Positions 9,070-17,858 of a stretch of 46,122 nt of DNA are shown here, piece by piece. This DNA is from a virus. The number at the start of each line of letters is the position of its first letter. Positions within the stretch are counted from its first letter, which is position 1. Under the pieces are notes generated by a model. It was not told the origin of the DNA and did not search any database. It saw nothing but the letters and a program-made list of their open reading frames with translations. A program made the position numbers and the translations under genes. The stretch is from the IMG/VR virus record IMGVR_UViG_3300010331_000005. One strand, 5' to 3'.

Positions 9070-9813
9070 GTGAATGTTAAGAAATGCACATGTTGTGAGA
9101 AGGAATTTCCTGCAACTACGGAATATTATTTCAGTCAATCAAAAGGGAAGTATGGCGTTGAAGCATGCTGTAAACAATGCCGTACTAAGAAAAGATTGAT
9201 TAATTATAAAGAAAACAAGAATGAAATATTAGCTACTGGCAAAAGATGGGTCGAAAATAATAAAGAACTAGTTAAAGAGAAAAGTAAAAAATCATATCAG
9301 AAAAATAAAGAGTTAATTCATCAAAAATATTTAGATAACAAGGTAAATATATCTGTCTTTAATAAGCAATATAGAGAAAAGAATAGAGATACACTTATAG
9401 AATATGCAAAGAATTGGAAAGAGAAAAACAAAGATAATTGGATGAAGTATTACAGTAAAAATAAAGACAAGGTTTCTATCAGAAGTGAAAAAAGACGTAA
9501 ATCGTATACTGAATCCCAAAATCCTTTAACCTATGAACAGTGGGAAAATTGCCTTATCTATTTTAATAATGAATGTGCATATTGTGGATCGTCATGTGTG
9601 TTAGAAAAGGAGCACTTTATCCCATTAACAAAAGGAGGAAGTTATTCAAAGGATAATATCATACCTGTTTGTAAGAGTTGTAATAGTAGTAAAAAGGATA
9701 CAGATTTTAATTCATGGTACCCAATGCAAAAAAATCACAGAGAAGATTTAAAAATAAGGATATTTGATTATCTGGGTAGCATGGATATTAGTAATTGCAA
9801 TAATCGTAGGTAA
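9070..9813 (+). CDS. HNH endonuclease with N-terminal zinc finger and Lys-rich repeat region
   Basis: C-terminal CAYCGSS...EKEHFIPLTKGGSYSKDNIIPVCKSCNSSK (HNH ββα-Me). GTG start after SD aaaggggg. Confidence 0.8.
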   Translation: MNVKKCTCCEKEFPATTEYYFSQSKGKYGVEACCKQCRTKKRLINYKENKNEILATGKRWVENNKELVKEKSKKSYQKNKELIHQKYLDNKVNISVFNKQYREKNRDTLIEYAKNWKEKNKDNWMKYYSKNKDKVSIRSEKRRKSYTESQNPLTYEQWENCLIYFNNECAYCGSSCVLEKEHFIPLTKGGSYSKDNIIPVCKSCNSSKKDTDFNSWYPMQKNHREDLKIRIFDYLGSMDISNCNNRR

Positions 9814-9838
9814 TAGATTTATATAAAGGAGGTCCAAA

Positions 9839-10591
9839 ATGTTAGTGATTGGGAACGTAGTTGAAGTATTTAAGAAAGCAAAATGTATAGGGGTAGCGAC
9901 TATATTTGCAATAAATAGTAATTTTATAACACTTGATTACGGAAAGTATAAAGCAACTATTTATAATATGGATTTGAGGCAGAGAGATTATATCCTGAAA
10001 AGTAATGGAGTAGAGATTAGTTTTAATCCTGTTACTGATGCTATGAAAGATGAAGCCATAAAATTAAAAAAAGATCTTGAAGAGTATCGACAAAATAGAG
10101 GCAAATCAAGTTATCAAAGTATGATGAAAATTAAAAATATAATTGAGGAGGACACAGAAATGTCAAAAATAAAAGTTACAGAGGAACAGTTAATAGAAGA
10201 ATTAAAGGTATTAGGATTTCATACAGCGAGTTATTCGGTAATTGCTAAGAAGTACGGTACTGATGCACATAGTGTTTCTTGCAAAGTGTCTAAATTGAAG
10301 TTAAGAGAGAAGATAGAAGTTAAAACTGAAAAGCCTGAAGTTAAAGTAAAAAAAGTAATAGCAGCTCCTGAGGTTGAAGCTAAAGAAATCATCCTTCCGA
10401 TACCTGCAGGTAAACCTCAGTCGAGTTTAAAACCTACGGCATTAAAAGATCTTGATAGCAAATTTGAATATTCTTTATTTACTGACGGAGTTCTCATTAA
10501 GACTGATACAGATAAAGTATTTTCCATTGACTATAGCATGATTGATGAATTCATTAAAGAGCTGCAGGAGATAAAACAATTAGCGGTTTAA
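9839..10591 (+). CDS. Hypothetical protein with internal HTH-like segment and a possible nested in-frame start at 10160
   Basis: SD aaaggagg at 9839. Internal tgaggagga-N7-ATG at 10160 opens MSKIKVTEEQLIEELKVLGF..., similar to the N-terminus of the 40087 protein. Confidence 0.6.
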   Translation: MLVIGNVVEVFKKAKCIGVATIFAINSNFITLDYGKYKATIYNMDLRQRDYILKSNGVEISFNPVTDAMKDEAIKLKKDLEEYRQNRGKSSYQSMMKIKNIIEEDTEMSKIKVTEEQLIEELKVLGFHTASYSVIAKKYGTDAHSVSCKVSKLKLREKIEVKTEKPEVKVKKVIAAPEVEAKEIILPIPAGKPQSSLKPTALKDLDSKFEYSLFTDGVLIKTDTDKVFSIDYSMIDEFIKELQEIKQLAV

Positions 10592-10623
10592 ATACATAAG
10601 ACAAACAATTAAAGGGGAACACA

Positions 10624-11106
10624 ATGAAAACAAATGAAGTGAGATGGAAGCTGCACAACTATTACACAGATATGAAAAAAATAGAACAGTTAAAAGATGA
10701 TCTAAAAGAGTATAGATTAATGGATGGCATTGGAGCACAAGTAATAAACGATATGCCTACAAGTCATTCAACAAGTTCTAGTGTTGAAAAGGCAGGAGAC
10801 AGGGTAGATTATGTTAGGGAAATGGAGAACGAACTAGATAGATTTATGAGAATAAAGAGGGCAATAGATGATATATATGGTTATTTAAAAGAGCCGCACC
10901 GGACAATCATTGAAATGAGGTACTTTATTATGCCTAAACCCCTAGACATAAGACAACAGAAATTCAATTGGCAAGAGATAGCGGATGAAGTGAAATATAG
11001 TGAGGCTTATTGCAAAGAGATTGATTGCAATGTCGTATTGCAAATACAAAACAGATTGCATGAAATATCCTACGTTTTACCTACACTTCTTTGTACTGTA
11101 TTGTAG
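10624..11106 (+). CDS. ArpU/RinA-like late-gene transcriptional activator
   Basis: About 160 aa, last gene before the packaging region. C-terminal sigma region-4-like IIEMRYF...WQEIADEVKYSEAYCKEI. Confidence 0.5.
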   Translation: MKTNEVRWKLHNYYTDMKKIEQLKDDLKEYRLMDGIGAQVINDMPTSHSTSSSVEKAGDRVDYVREMENELDRFMRIKRAIDDIYGYLKEPHRTIIEMRYFIMPKPLDIRQQKFNWQEIADEVKYSEAYCKEIDCNVVLQIQNRLHEISYVLPTLLCTVL

Positions 11107-11158
11107 TATACTAAAAGAGTAGATTTTTCACAAAATACATTTGATCTCATATAAAAAA

Positions 11159-11188
11159 GCCTTTGCAGATATCGCAGGGGCTTTTTTA
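11159..11188 (+). terminator. Rho-independent terminator after the late regulator
   Basis: gcctttgc-agatat-gcaggggc stem followed by tttttt. Confidence 0.7.
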
Positions 11189-11212
11189 TTGCTTATTTTT
11201 AGGGGTGAGTTT

Positions 11213-11350
11213 ATGTTTGTAATTCTCGGATACAGTTGGAGTGATCTACTGCAGAATGTTTTAATTATAATTAGTTTGCTATGCAGGGCTAACTTAAACG
11301 CAATAATTAATCATTCTATAGTAACCGGATATCCAAGCGGATATGTTTGA
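11213..11350 (+). CDS. Possible 45-aa hydrophobic peptide
   Basis: MFVILGYSWSDLLQNVLIIISLLC..., SD aggggtga, bracketed by two terminator hairpins. Weak support; the track start at 11141 would run through the terminator. Confidence 0.3.
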   Translation: MFVILGYSWSDLLQNVLIIISLLCRANLNAIINHSIVTGYPSGYV

Positions 11351-11397
11351 ATTAACCGGGTTGCTACGATACAGCAATACCAAATACAACTTAATTG

Positions 11398-11430
11398 AAA
11401 AGGCTACTTACTTGGGTAGCCTTTTATTTA
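11398..11430 (+). terminator. Terminator-like hairpin
   Basis: aaaaggctac / gtagcctttt form a 10-bp stem with an 8-nt loop, followed by atttat. Confidence 0.55.
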
Positions 11431-11431
11431 T

Positions 11432-11470
11432 GGCAGTGAAGGCGACATCAGTTCGATTCTGATAACTGCC
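11432..11470 (+). other. tRNA-like minihelix (acceptor stem plus canonical T-arm, no D or anticodon arms)
   Basis: ggcagt(g)-aaggcgac-ATCAG-TTCGATT-CTGAT-aactgcc. The T-loop GTTCGATTC is canonical, with a 6-bp acceptor-like stem. Confidence 0.4.
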
Positions 11471-11618
11471 TGATATTAACCCGGTATTGTATCGGGACAT
11501 TTGCATCATGAGTTAGGTCCTCTAATGTTATGTTGCAATAAGTATAACGGTGATTAAGTAAGCCATATCATACATGATGTGCTCTATGGCTTAGTATCAC
11601 AATAGAGGAGTGATGTGT

Positions 11619-11726
11619 ATGTGTAAAGGGTGTGTGTGGGCAACATGGTCAGGACTCAGGTGGTATTGTCCATTCGGTAAGTGTGTAAAGGATAAGATAA
11701 TTAAAAGAGGTGTTAAGAATGAATAA
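11619..11726 (+). CDS. Small Cys-rich protein (35 aa)
   Basis: MCKGCVWATWSGLRWYCPFGKC. SD gaggag is 8 nt upstream. Its stop overlaps the next ATG (aATGaaTAA). Confidence 0.5.
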   Translation: MCKGCVWATWSGLRWYCPFGKCVKDKIIKRGVKNE

Positions 11727-11958
11727 GCCACCACTAGGAATAATGCCGAGACACATACATGAATATCATAGGATGGTAGAGCTATCCAGAGCTATCCATG
11801 ATTATATAAACGAATACAGTGTTGTTAATGATATAGATGTATTAAAAGAATGGATTGAAGAGCTGTCTGAGTTAGCCAGCCGAGTTAAAAAGGTACTTCC
11901 GACGACCTGTAACCCTTGCGGTGCACTCGCGACCCGAGATACACAAAGTTTGATATGA
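11719..11958 (+). CDS. Hypothetical protein
   Basis: ATG 11719 preferred over the track GTG 11710 (SD aagagg). No motif recognised. Confidence 0.55.
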   Translation: MNKPPLGIMPRHIHEYHRMVELSRAIHDYINEYSVVNDIDVLKEWIEELSELASRVKKVLPTTCNPCGALATRDTQSLI

Positions 11959-12045
11959 AAATTCATAGGCACTTCCTTCCTGGAAATTGTTCAGAAGAGT
12001 GCTTTTTTATTGGAAAAGAATTAATAAATAATTGGTGGTGATGAA

Positions 12046-12582
12046 ATGGCTGCAAGCATAGATAACATAGACATTACAATCGTTAACAGTATCACATTGG
12101 CTGACCTATTCGGAATCACTGACAGAAGAGTACGTCAACTAGCTGACGAAGGCGTGTTTCAGTCTATTTCAAGAGGCAAATATGAGATGCGTGACTGCAT
12201 AAGAAAATATTGCGTTTATTTAAGAGCTGCAGCTGAATCTTGTACCGCAAAAACGGAAATCAAAATAAATTATGATACCGAAAAAGCGCTTCATGAAAAA
12301 GCTAAACGAGAAAAAGCAGAGCTTCAGCTTAAAGTAATGAAAGGTGACCTTCACAGATCAGAGGATATTGAGTTTGTGATGGTCGATATGATTGCGAAAG
12401 CCAAGACTAAATTGCTTGCGCTACCTTCAAAGTTGGCGCCAATGGTTTTAAATAGATCAGATATGAGTATGGTACAAGGGCTATTGCAAATGCAAGTTGA
12501 AGAGGCGCTTAATGAACTAGCAGACTACACTCCAGAGTTATTTATTAACGATGACGTATTGCAGGGTGATGATGATGATTAA
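12046..12582 (+). CDS. terS: Terminase small subunit, Nu1-like
   Basis: N-terminal winged-HTH ITLADLFGITDRRVRQLADEGV typical of Nu1. Immediately upstream of and overlapping the GpA-like large subunit. Confidence 0.7.
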   Translation: MAASIDNIDITIVNSITLADLFGITDRRVRQLADEGVFQSISRGKYEMRDCIRKYCVYLRAAAESCTAKTEIKINYDTEKALHEKAKREKAELQLKVMKGDLHRSEDIEFVMVDMIAKAKTKLLALPSKLAPMVLNRSDMSMVQGLLQMQVEEALNELADYTPELFINDDVLQGDDDD

Positions 12583-14428
12583 GTCCAGATCTAAAAGCAT
12601 AATGCTTAGTGTCTGGCAAACATGGGCGCCACCACCAAGTGTAACGGTAAGCGAATGGGCTGATAAATATAGAAAGCTTTCCCCTGAAGCTTCATCTTCT
12701 CCTGGACAATGGAGAACAGTAGATTATCAAAAAGCTGTATTGGATGCAGTAACAGATCCGGAGATTGAAAAAGTTGTACTAATGTGGAGCTCTCAGGTAG
12801 GGAAAACAGAACTAGAACTTAATATTGCTGGCTACTATATGCATCAGGACCCTTCACCAATAATGGTTGTTCTGCCAACAAAGGATCCATTAGCTAAAGA
12901 CTGGAGTCGTGACAGATTGGCTCCGATGATTAGAGATACAGAAGTACTTGCTGGAAAAGTAAGTGATCCTAAAATGCGTGACGGTGAAAACTCTACTTTG
13001 CATAAAAAGTTCCCAGGAGGATTAATTGTAATCACCGGTGCAAATGTTGCAGCGGATTTATCCTCAAGACCAATGAGAATATTGCTCTGTGATGAAGTTG
13101 ACCGCTTCCCTGCATCTGCAGGAACTGAAGGTGATCCTATTGCACTTGCCGAGAAAAGGCAAATAACATTTTGGAACTTTAAGCGAATTTATGTATCTAC
13201 TCCAACCGTAGAAGGTGCATCCAGAATTGAAGTTGATTATAAGAAGGGCACCCAAGAGAAATGGAAAAAAGAATGTCCTCATTGCGGTGCGTTTGTATTC
13301 TTTGATATTCATGGTATGAAATTTGATTATACTAAAGATGAACATGCAAACTACACAGTATCAAATATAAACTTTCAGTGCCCAGCATGTTTAGAATTAT
13401 TTGACGAAAGAACATGGAAGCAACAACCAGGAGAATGGGTACCTGATAATCCAAACATAAAAGGAACCAGAAGTTTTCACCTTAATGCGTTTTCTTCTCC
13501 CTGGTATAAGTGGGAACGAATCGTAAAAGAGTGGCTTGAATCTAAAAAAGATCCTCAAAAACTTAAGGTTGTTGTAAATACTCTTTTTGGTTTGCCATGG
13601 AAAGAAAAGCTTGATATTGATAGTGAAGATAAGTTTCTTGAACGCCGTGAACCCTATGAAGCTGAGTTACCCGAAGGAGTTCTTCTCCTCACCTGTGGAG
13701 TTGATACACAGGATGATAGACTTGAATATGAGATAGTTGGTTGGGGTAGAGAAAATGAAAGCTGGGGTATCGGATATGGTGTGGTTCTTGGAAAGCCAAA
13801 TGATAAAGAAACTTGGATAACCCTTGATGACAAATTATCTAAGATATATAAATTTGCTGACAACAAAGGAATCAAAATTGCCTGTACGTGTATTGACTCA
13901 GGCGGACATTTTACTACCGATGTTTATAAGTTTACAAAAAAGAATGAACACCGGCGAATTATTTCTGTAAAAGGAATGGGTGGTCCTAGTCTTCCGTTAA
14001 TACACAAGTTAAGTCGCAATAATAAAGAAAATGCAATGGTTGCTATCCTCGGAGTTGATGAAGGAAAGACAAGTATTATATCAGCTTTGAAAGTAAGGGA
14101 CATTGGTCCACGGTACTGCCATTATCCGGACGATGAAAACAGAGGATATGACCGCAATTACTTTAAAGGGCTACTTTCTGAACGACAAGTATTGATTAAA
14201 AAGAATGGAATAGCACAATATACATGGCAAAAGATAGCTGAACATGCTAGAAATGAAGCCTTTGATACCCGCAATTATGCTCAAGCAGCACTTCAATTGC
14301 TAAAACCTGACTTTGATGCAATCGAAAAACGGTTAAAATCAATGCCAGCAGGACAGAGTGCAGATATCTCATCTCAAACTCAAACAAAAAAGCGAACTGG
14401 TTGTGTGAAAAAAGGGATCGATGCTTAA
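12551..14428 (+). CDS. terL: Terminase large subunit, lambda GpA family
   Basis: WADKYRKLSPEASSSPGQWR, Walker A SSQVGKTE, Walker B ILLCDEVD. Zinc-ribbon-like CPHCG...CPAC. The start is uncertain (12551 or the 12566-12575 GTG/ATG run). Confidence 0.85.
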   Translation: MTYCRVMMMIKSRSKSIMLSVWQTWAPPPSVTVSEWADKYRKLSPEASSSPGQWRTVDYQKAVLDAVTDPEIEKVVLMWSSQVGKTELELNIAGYYMHQDPSPIMVVLPTKDPLAKDWSRDRLAPMIRDTEVLAGKVSDPKMRDGENSTLHKKFPGGLIVITGANVAADLSSRPMRILLCDEVDRFPASAGTEGDPIALAEKRQITFWNFKRIYVSTPTVEGASRIEVDYKKGTQEKWKKECPHCGAFVFFDIHGMKFDYTKDEHANYTVSNINFQCPACLELFDERTWKQQPGEWVPDNPNIKGTRSFHLNAFSSPWYKWERIVKEWLESKKDPQKLKVVVNTLFGLPWKEKLDIDSEDKFLERREPYEAELPEGVLLLTCGVDTQDDRLEYEIVGWGRENESWGIGYGVVLGKPNDKETWITLDDKLSKIYKFADNKGIKIACTCIDSGGHFTTDVYKFTKKNEHRRIISVKGMGGPSLPLIHKLSRNNKENAMVAILGVDEGKTSIISALKVRDIGPRYCHYPDDENRGYDRNYFKGLLSERQVLIKKNGIAQYTWQKIAEHARNEAFDTRNYAQAALQLLKPDFDAIEKRLKSMPAGQSADISSQTQTKKRTGCVKKGIDA

Positions 14429-14497
14429 TGAAAACCGTAAAATCAATACGGCTTTTTGTTATTTATAAAGATAATTTGATAGGGAGTTGGTGATTTT

Positions 14498-14734
14498 ATG
14501 GCAAGTGAACGTCTAACTCATACGCAAACTAGACTTCAAGCCTATTATGATGCAGAAATAGCAGTTTTAGCGGGGCAAGCCTACACGCTTGGCTCCCGTT
14601 CATTGACAAGGGCAGATTTGGTTGAGATTAAAAAAGGCATCAAAGAACTTGAAAATCTTGTTGAAGAATTGAAAGCAGTTGACGAAGGAAGAGGACACAG
14701 ACGCGCATTTAGAATAACAATAAGAGATTTGTGA
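14498..14734 (+). CDS. Head-tail joining protein, gpW-like
   Basis: 78 aa between terminase and portal. LQAYYDAEIAVLAGQAYTLGSRSLTRADLVEI matches the gpW pattern. Confidence 0.65.
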   Translation: MASERLTHTQTRLQAYYDAEIAVLAGQAYTLGSRSLTRADLVEIKKGIKELENLVEELKAVDEGRGHRRAFRITIRDL

Positions 14735-14753
14735 TTGGAGGAGGTGAAGATAA

Positions 14754-16355
14754 TTGAATATATTTGATAAGGTAGTGGGATATGTAAACCCAAAGGCAGG
14801 ATTAAAGAGAGAGGTTGCTAGAGCTCAATCAAATGCTGTTAGAAAATTTTCTAACTCTGGCTATTCTCAAAGCGGAGCAAGCCGAACAAAAAAGTCAATG
14901 GTAGGCTGGACTGCAGAAAGTAGAAGCCCACAGGATGACATTGATAATAATCTTAATTTACTTCGCCAACGTTCACGTGATTTGTATATGGGTTCACCTC
15001 TTGCAACATCGGCCATTAAAACCAATCGAACGAATGTTGTAGGTTCAGGATTAAAACTTAAAGCCCGTATTGATTTTGAATTTCTTGGGATTACCCGAGA
15101 GCAGGCGGATGCTTGGGAGATGAATACAGAACGAGAGTTTGGTTTATGGGCTGATTCAGTATGGTGTGATTCTCTTAGGTTGAATAACTTTTATGAGCTG
15201 CAACAAATAGCATTAATGTCTTGGCTTTTAAATGGTGATGGTTTTGCGCTGATAAAAAATAGTAATCCAACAAAATGGATGCCATATGGTTTAAGGCTTC
15301 ATTTATTTGAGGCTGATAGGGTAAGTAATCCTAATTCACAAGCATTGGATTTTGTAAGTAGCTTTATAAAGGCTGATAATGGTAATCGGATCATAAATGG
15401 TATAGAGATAGATAAAGATGGCGCCGTAGCTGCTTACTACGTTTGCAATCAATACCCTAATAGTAACATTTGTCAATTAACGAAGGAATGGAAAAGAGTT
15501 GAAGCTTTCGGAAAACAGACAGGTAATCCCAATATACTGCATTTGATGGAGCAGGAAAGATGTGAACAGTATAGAGGTATACCTTTTCTTGCACCTACAA
15601 TTGAATGTCTGAAACAGATTAGTCGTTACACTGAAGCAACATTAACAGCGGCAGTCATACAATCTTTTTACACAGCATTTATAACAACTGAAGCGCCTTC
15701 ATCTGATGATCCCTTTAATTCAACTATAGCAGATGATCAAAAAGTTGATTCGGCCGATGTAAATGCATATGAATTAGGAGCCGGAACTATAAACGTTATG
15801 AATCCTGGAGAAGCTGTAACCTTTGGGGACCCTTCACAACCAACCGCACAGTTCGATATATTCACAACTGCAATGGCCAAATATATTGGAGCAGCATTAG
15901 AAATTCCGTTTGAGTTATTAACTAAGTCTTTCATGGCCAGTTATTCAGCATCTAGGGCGGCACTTCTTGAAGCATGGAAGGCTTTCCGCATGCGTAGAAC
16001 ATGGTTTGCTACTGACTTTTGCCAACCGGTATATGAGATGTGGTTGTCAGAAGCAATTGCACGAGGGCGTATTACAGCAACTGGTTTCTTCAATGACGTA
16101 TCAATAAAAAAAGGTTGGTGCAAAGCTGATTGGAATGGACCTGCTCCTGGGATGATTGACCCGATGAAAGAAGTCCAAGCAGCTACATTGCGAGTTACAG
16201 AAGGTTATTCCACACACGAGCAAGAAACTATCGGGCTTACTGGCGGTGATTGGGATAAAAACATTATTCAGATTACAAGAGAAAATGAACTTTTGGCAAA
16301 AGCTAGGGTATCAATTCAACCAGTAATCCAAGGGGGAGGTAACAACAATGTCTAA
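14754..16355 (+). CDS. Portal protein, lambda family
   Basis: 533 aa, positioned after gpW. TTG start after ggaggaggtg. Confidence 0.8.
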   Translation: MNIFDKVVGYVNPKAGLKREVARAQSNAVRKFSNSGYSQSGASRTKKSMVGWTAESRSPQDDIDNNLNLLRQRSRDLYMGSPLATSAIKTNRTNVVGSGLKLKARIDFEFLGITREQADAWEMNTEREFGLWADSVWCDSLRLNNFYELQQIALMSWLLNGDGFALIKNSNPTKWMPYGLRLHLFEADRVSNPNSQALDFVSSFIKADNGNRIINGIEIDKDGAVAAYYVCNQYPNSNICQLTKEWKRVEAFGKQTGNPNILHLMEQERCEQYRGIPFLAPTIECLKQISRYTEATLTAAVIQSFYTAFITTEAPSSDDPFNSTIADDQKVDSADVNAYELGAGTINVMNPGEAVTFGDPSQPTAQFDIFTTAMAKYIGAALEIPFELLTKSFMASYSASRAALLEAWKAFRMRRTWFATDFCQPVYEMWLSEAIARGRITATGFFNDVSIKKGWCKADWNGPAPGMIDPMKEVQAATLRVTEGYSTHEQETIGLTGGDWDKNIIQITRENELLAKARVSIQPVIQGGGNNNV

Positions 16356-17466
16356 ATTTTGGAATTTTAAAAATGTATCTGAAACAGAAGGTGAATTAAC
16401 GTTATACGGAACCATAGCCGAGAGCTCATGGTGGGATGATGTTGTATCTTCAAAACAATTTGCTACAGATTTGAAAGCCTTGGGCAATGTAACTCAAATT
16501 ACTGTCAGGATTAATTCCGGTGGCGGAGATGTTTTTGCGGGTCATGCAATTTATGCTTTGCTTAAAGATCACCCAGCAAACGTTACTGTAAAAGTTGATG
16601 GAATTGCTGCATCTGCCGCAAGTGTTATTGCAATGGCAGGGAATGAAATAATAGTTCCTGCATCATCTTTTATGATGATACACAATCCTTCATCGATAGC
16701 ATATGGAGAAGCCAAAGACTTTACAAAAATGGCCACAACTCTTAATACCATCAAGGATGGTATTATAAGCGCATACATGGCCAAGACAGGCAAAGATAAA
16801 GAAGAAATATCAATACTGATGGACAACGAAACATGGATGACAGGAGAAGATGCCGTAAGAGAAGGGTTTGCGGATAAAGTTTCTTCCGATATTTCTGCGG
16901 AAAATGATCCAGTATTAAACGGAAATCTTCTTATCATAAATAATATCAGTCATGATCTTTCAAAGTTTAAAACAATCCCAAACTTAAACCATTTTTCACC
17001 TAGTGCACAGCAGGCCCAAGCTTCAAAGCCGCAGCCTGTCGCAAATATAAATAACGAAAAGGAAGGAGATACACATATGTTTAAAGACATAAACGAACTA
17101 AGAAATGCTTATCCCGACTTGGTTAAGCAGATAGAGGATGCAGCCAAAGAGGAAGGAACAAAAACTGAAAGAGCAAGAATTCAGGATATCGAAAAGATAT
17201 CGAAAAACTTGGATCCCAAATTGGTAAATGAGGCAAAGTTCGAAAAGCCTGTTGATGCAAAGGATTTGGCTTTCCAGGCATTACAGCAAGATAATGGCAA
17301 AGGCACAAAGTATCTTGCCGATGCAGAAGCTGATGCTAGTGCATCAGGAGCAGCTGGCGTTACTGCAGATCCATTAGTACAAAAAACTGATGAAGAAAAG
17401 CAAGCAGCTGAAAACAAAGCAGTAGATAATATTGCTGCAGGAGCAAATAAAAGGAGGGCAAGATAA
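16348..17466 (+). CDS. ClpP-type head maturation protease fused to a scaffold-like C-terminus
   Basis: INSGGGDVFAGHAIY, GIAASAASVIAMAG (Ser) and MMIHNP (His). Ala/Glu/Lys-rich helical C-terminal third. Confidence 0.8.
   Translation: MSKFWNFKNVSETEGELTLYGTIAESSWWDDVVSSKQFATDLKALGNVTQITVRINSGGGDVFAGHAIYALLKDHPANVTVKVDGIAASAASVIAMAGNEIIVPASSFMMIHNPSSIAYGEAKDFTKMATTLNTIKDGIISAYMAKTGKDKEEISILMDNETWMTGEDAVREGFADKVSSDISAENDPVLNGNLLIINNISHDLSKFKTIPNLNHFSPSAQQAQASKPQPVANINNEKEGDTHMFKDINELRNAYPDLVKQIEDAAKEEGTKTERARIQDIEKISKNLDPKLVNEAKFEKPVDAKDLAFQALQQDNGKGTKYLADAEADASASGAAGVTADPLVQKTDEEKQAAENKAVDNIAAGANKRRAR
17077..17466 (+). CDS. Nested in-frame scaffolding protein (lambda C/Nu3-like arrangement)
   Basis: Strong internal SD aaggaaggag is 8 nt before in-frame ATG 17077 (MFKDINELRNAY...). 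Confidence 0.5.
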   Translation: MFKDINELRNAYPDLVKQIEDAAKEEGTKTERARIQDIEKISKNLDPKLVNEAKFEKPVDAKDLAFQALQQDNGKGTKYLADAEADASASGAAGVTADPLVQKTDEEKQAAENKAVDNIAAGANKRRAR

Positions 17467-17837
17467 TGGCTGAAAACATTTCAATAGGTTCAACAACACC
17501 TGATAATCTTATTGTTGGGTGCAAAGTACCAATCCTAGTTAAAGGTCTTACTATCTTAGCAGGACAGGGTACTCTAGTTAGAGGCAGTGTAATTGGAATA
17601 ATTACTGCAAGTAATAAAGGTAAGCTCGTAGCAAAAGCTTCAGTCGATGGATCACAGGTAGCTAAGTTTATTTTGGCTGATGCTGTGGATACTACCGCTG
17701 ATGTTGTAGCACAATGCTATGAATCTGGAGAGTTCAATAGAAAAGCTTTGACATTTGCAGCTGCAAATACTGCAGCAGACCACGAAGATTCACTTAGGAA
17801 TTACGGTATATTCCTAAATGATAGTCTATCATATTAA
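17466..17837 (+). CDS. Head decoration protein, gpD-like
   Basis: 123 aa between the protease and the gpE-like capsid gene. TAATG overlap. Confidence 0.65.
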   Translation: MAENISIGSTTPDNLIVGCKVPILVKGLTILAGQGTLVRGSVIGIITASNKGKLVAKASVDGSQVAKFILADAVDTTADVVAQCYESGEFNRKALTFAAANTAADHEDSLRNYGIFLNDSLSY

Positions 17838-17858
17838 TTAGAGGGAGGATGAGACAAA

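Noticed and set aside
11141-11350. Track ORF of 69 aa starting at TTG 11141
   Set aside because: Its first 15 codons are the terminator hairpin of the preceding gene. Only the shorter ATG 11213 version is kept, and at low confidence.
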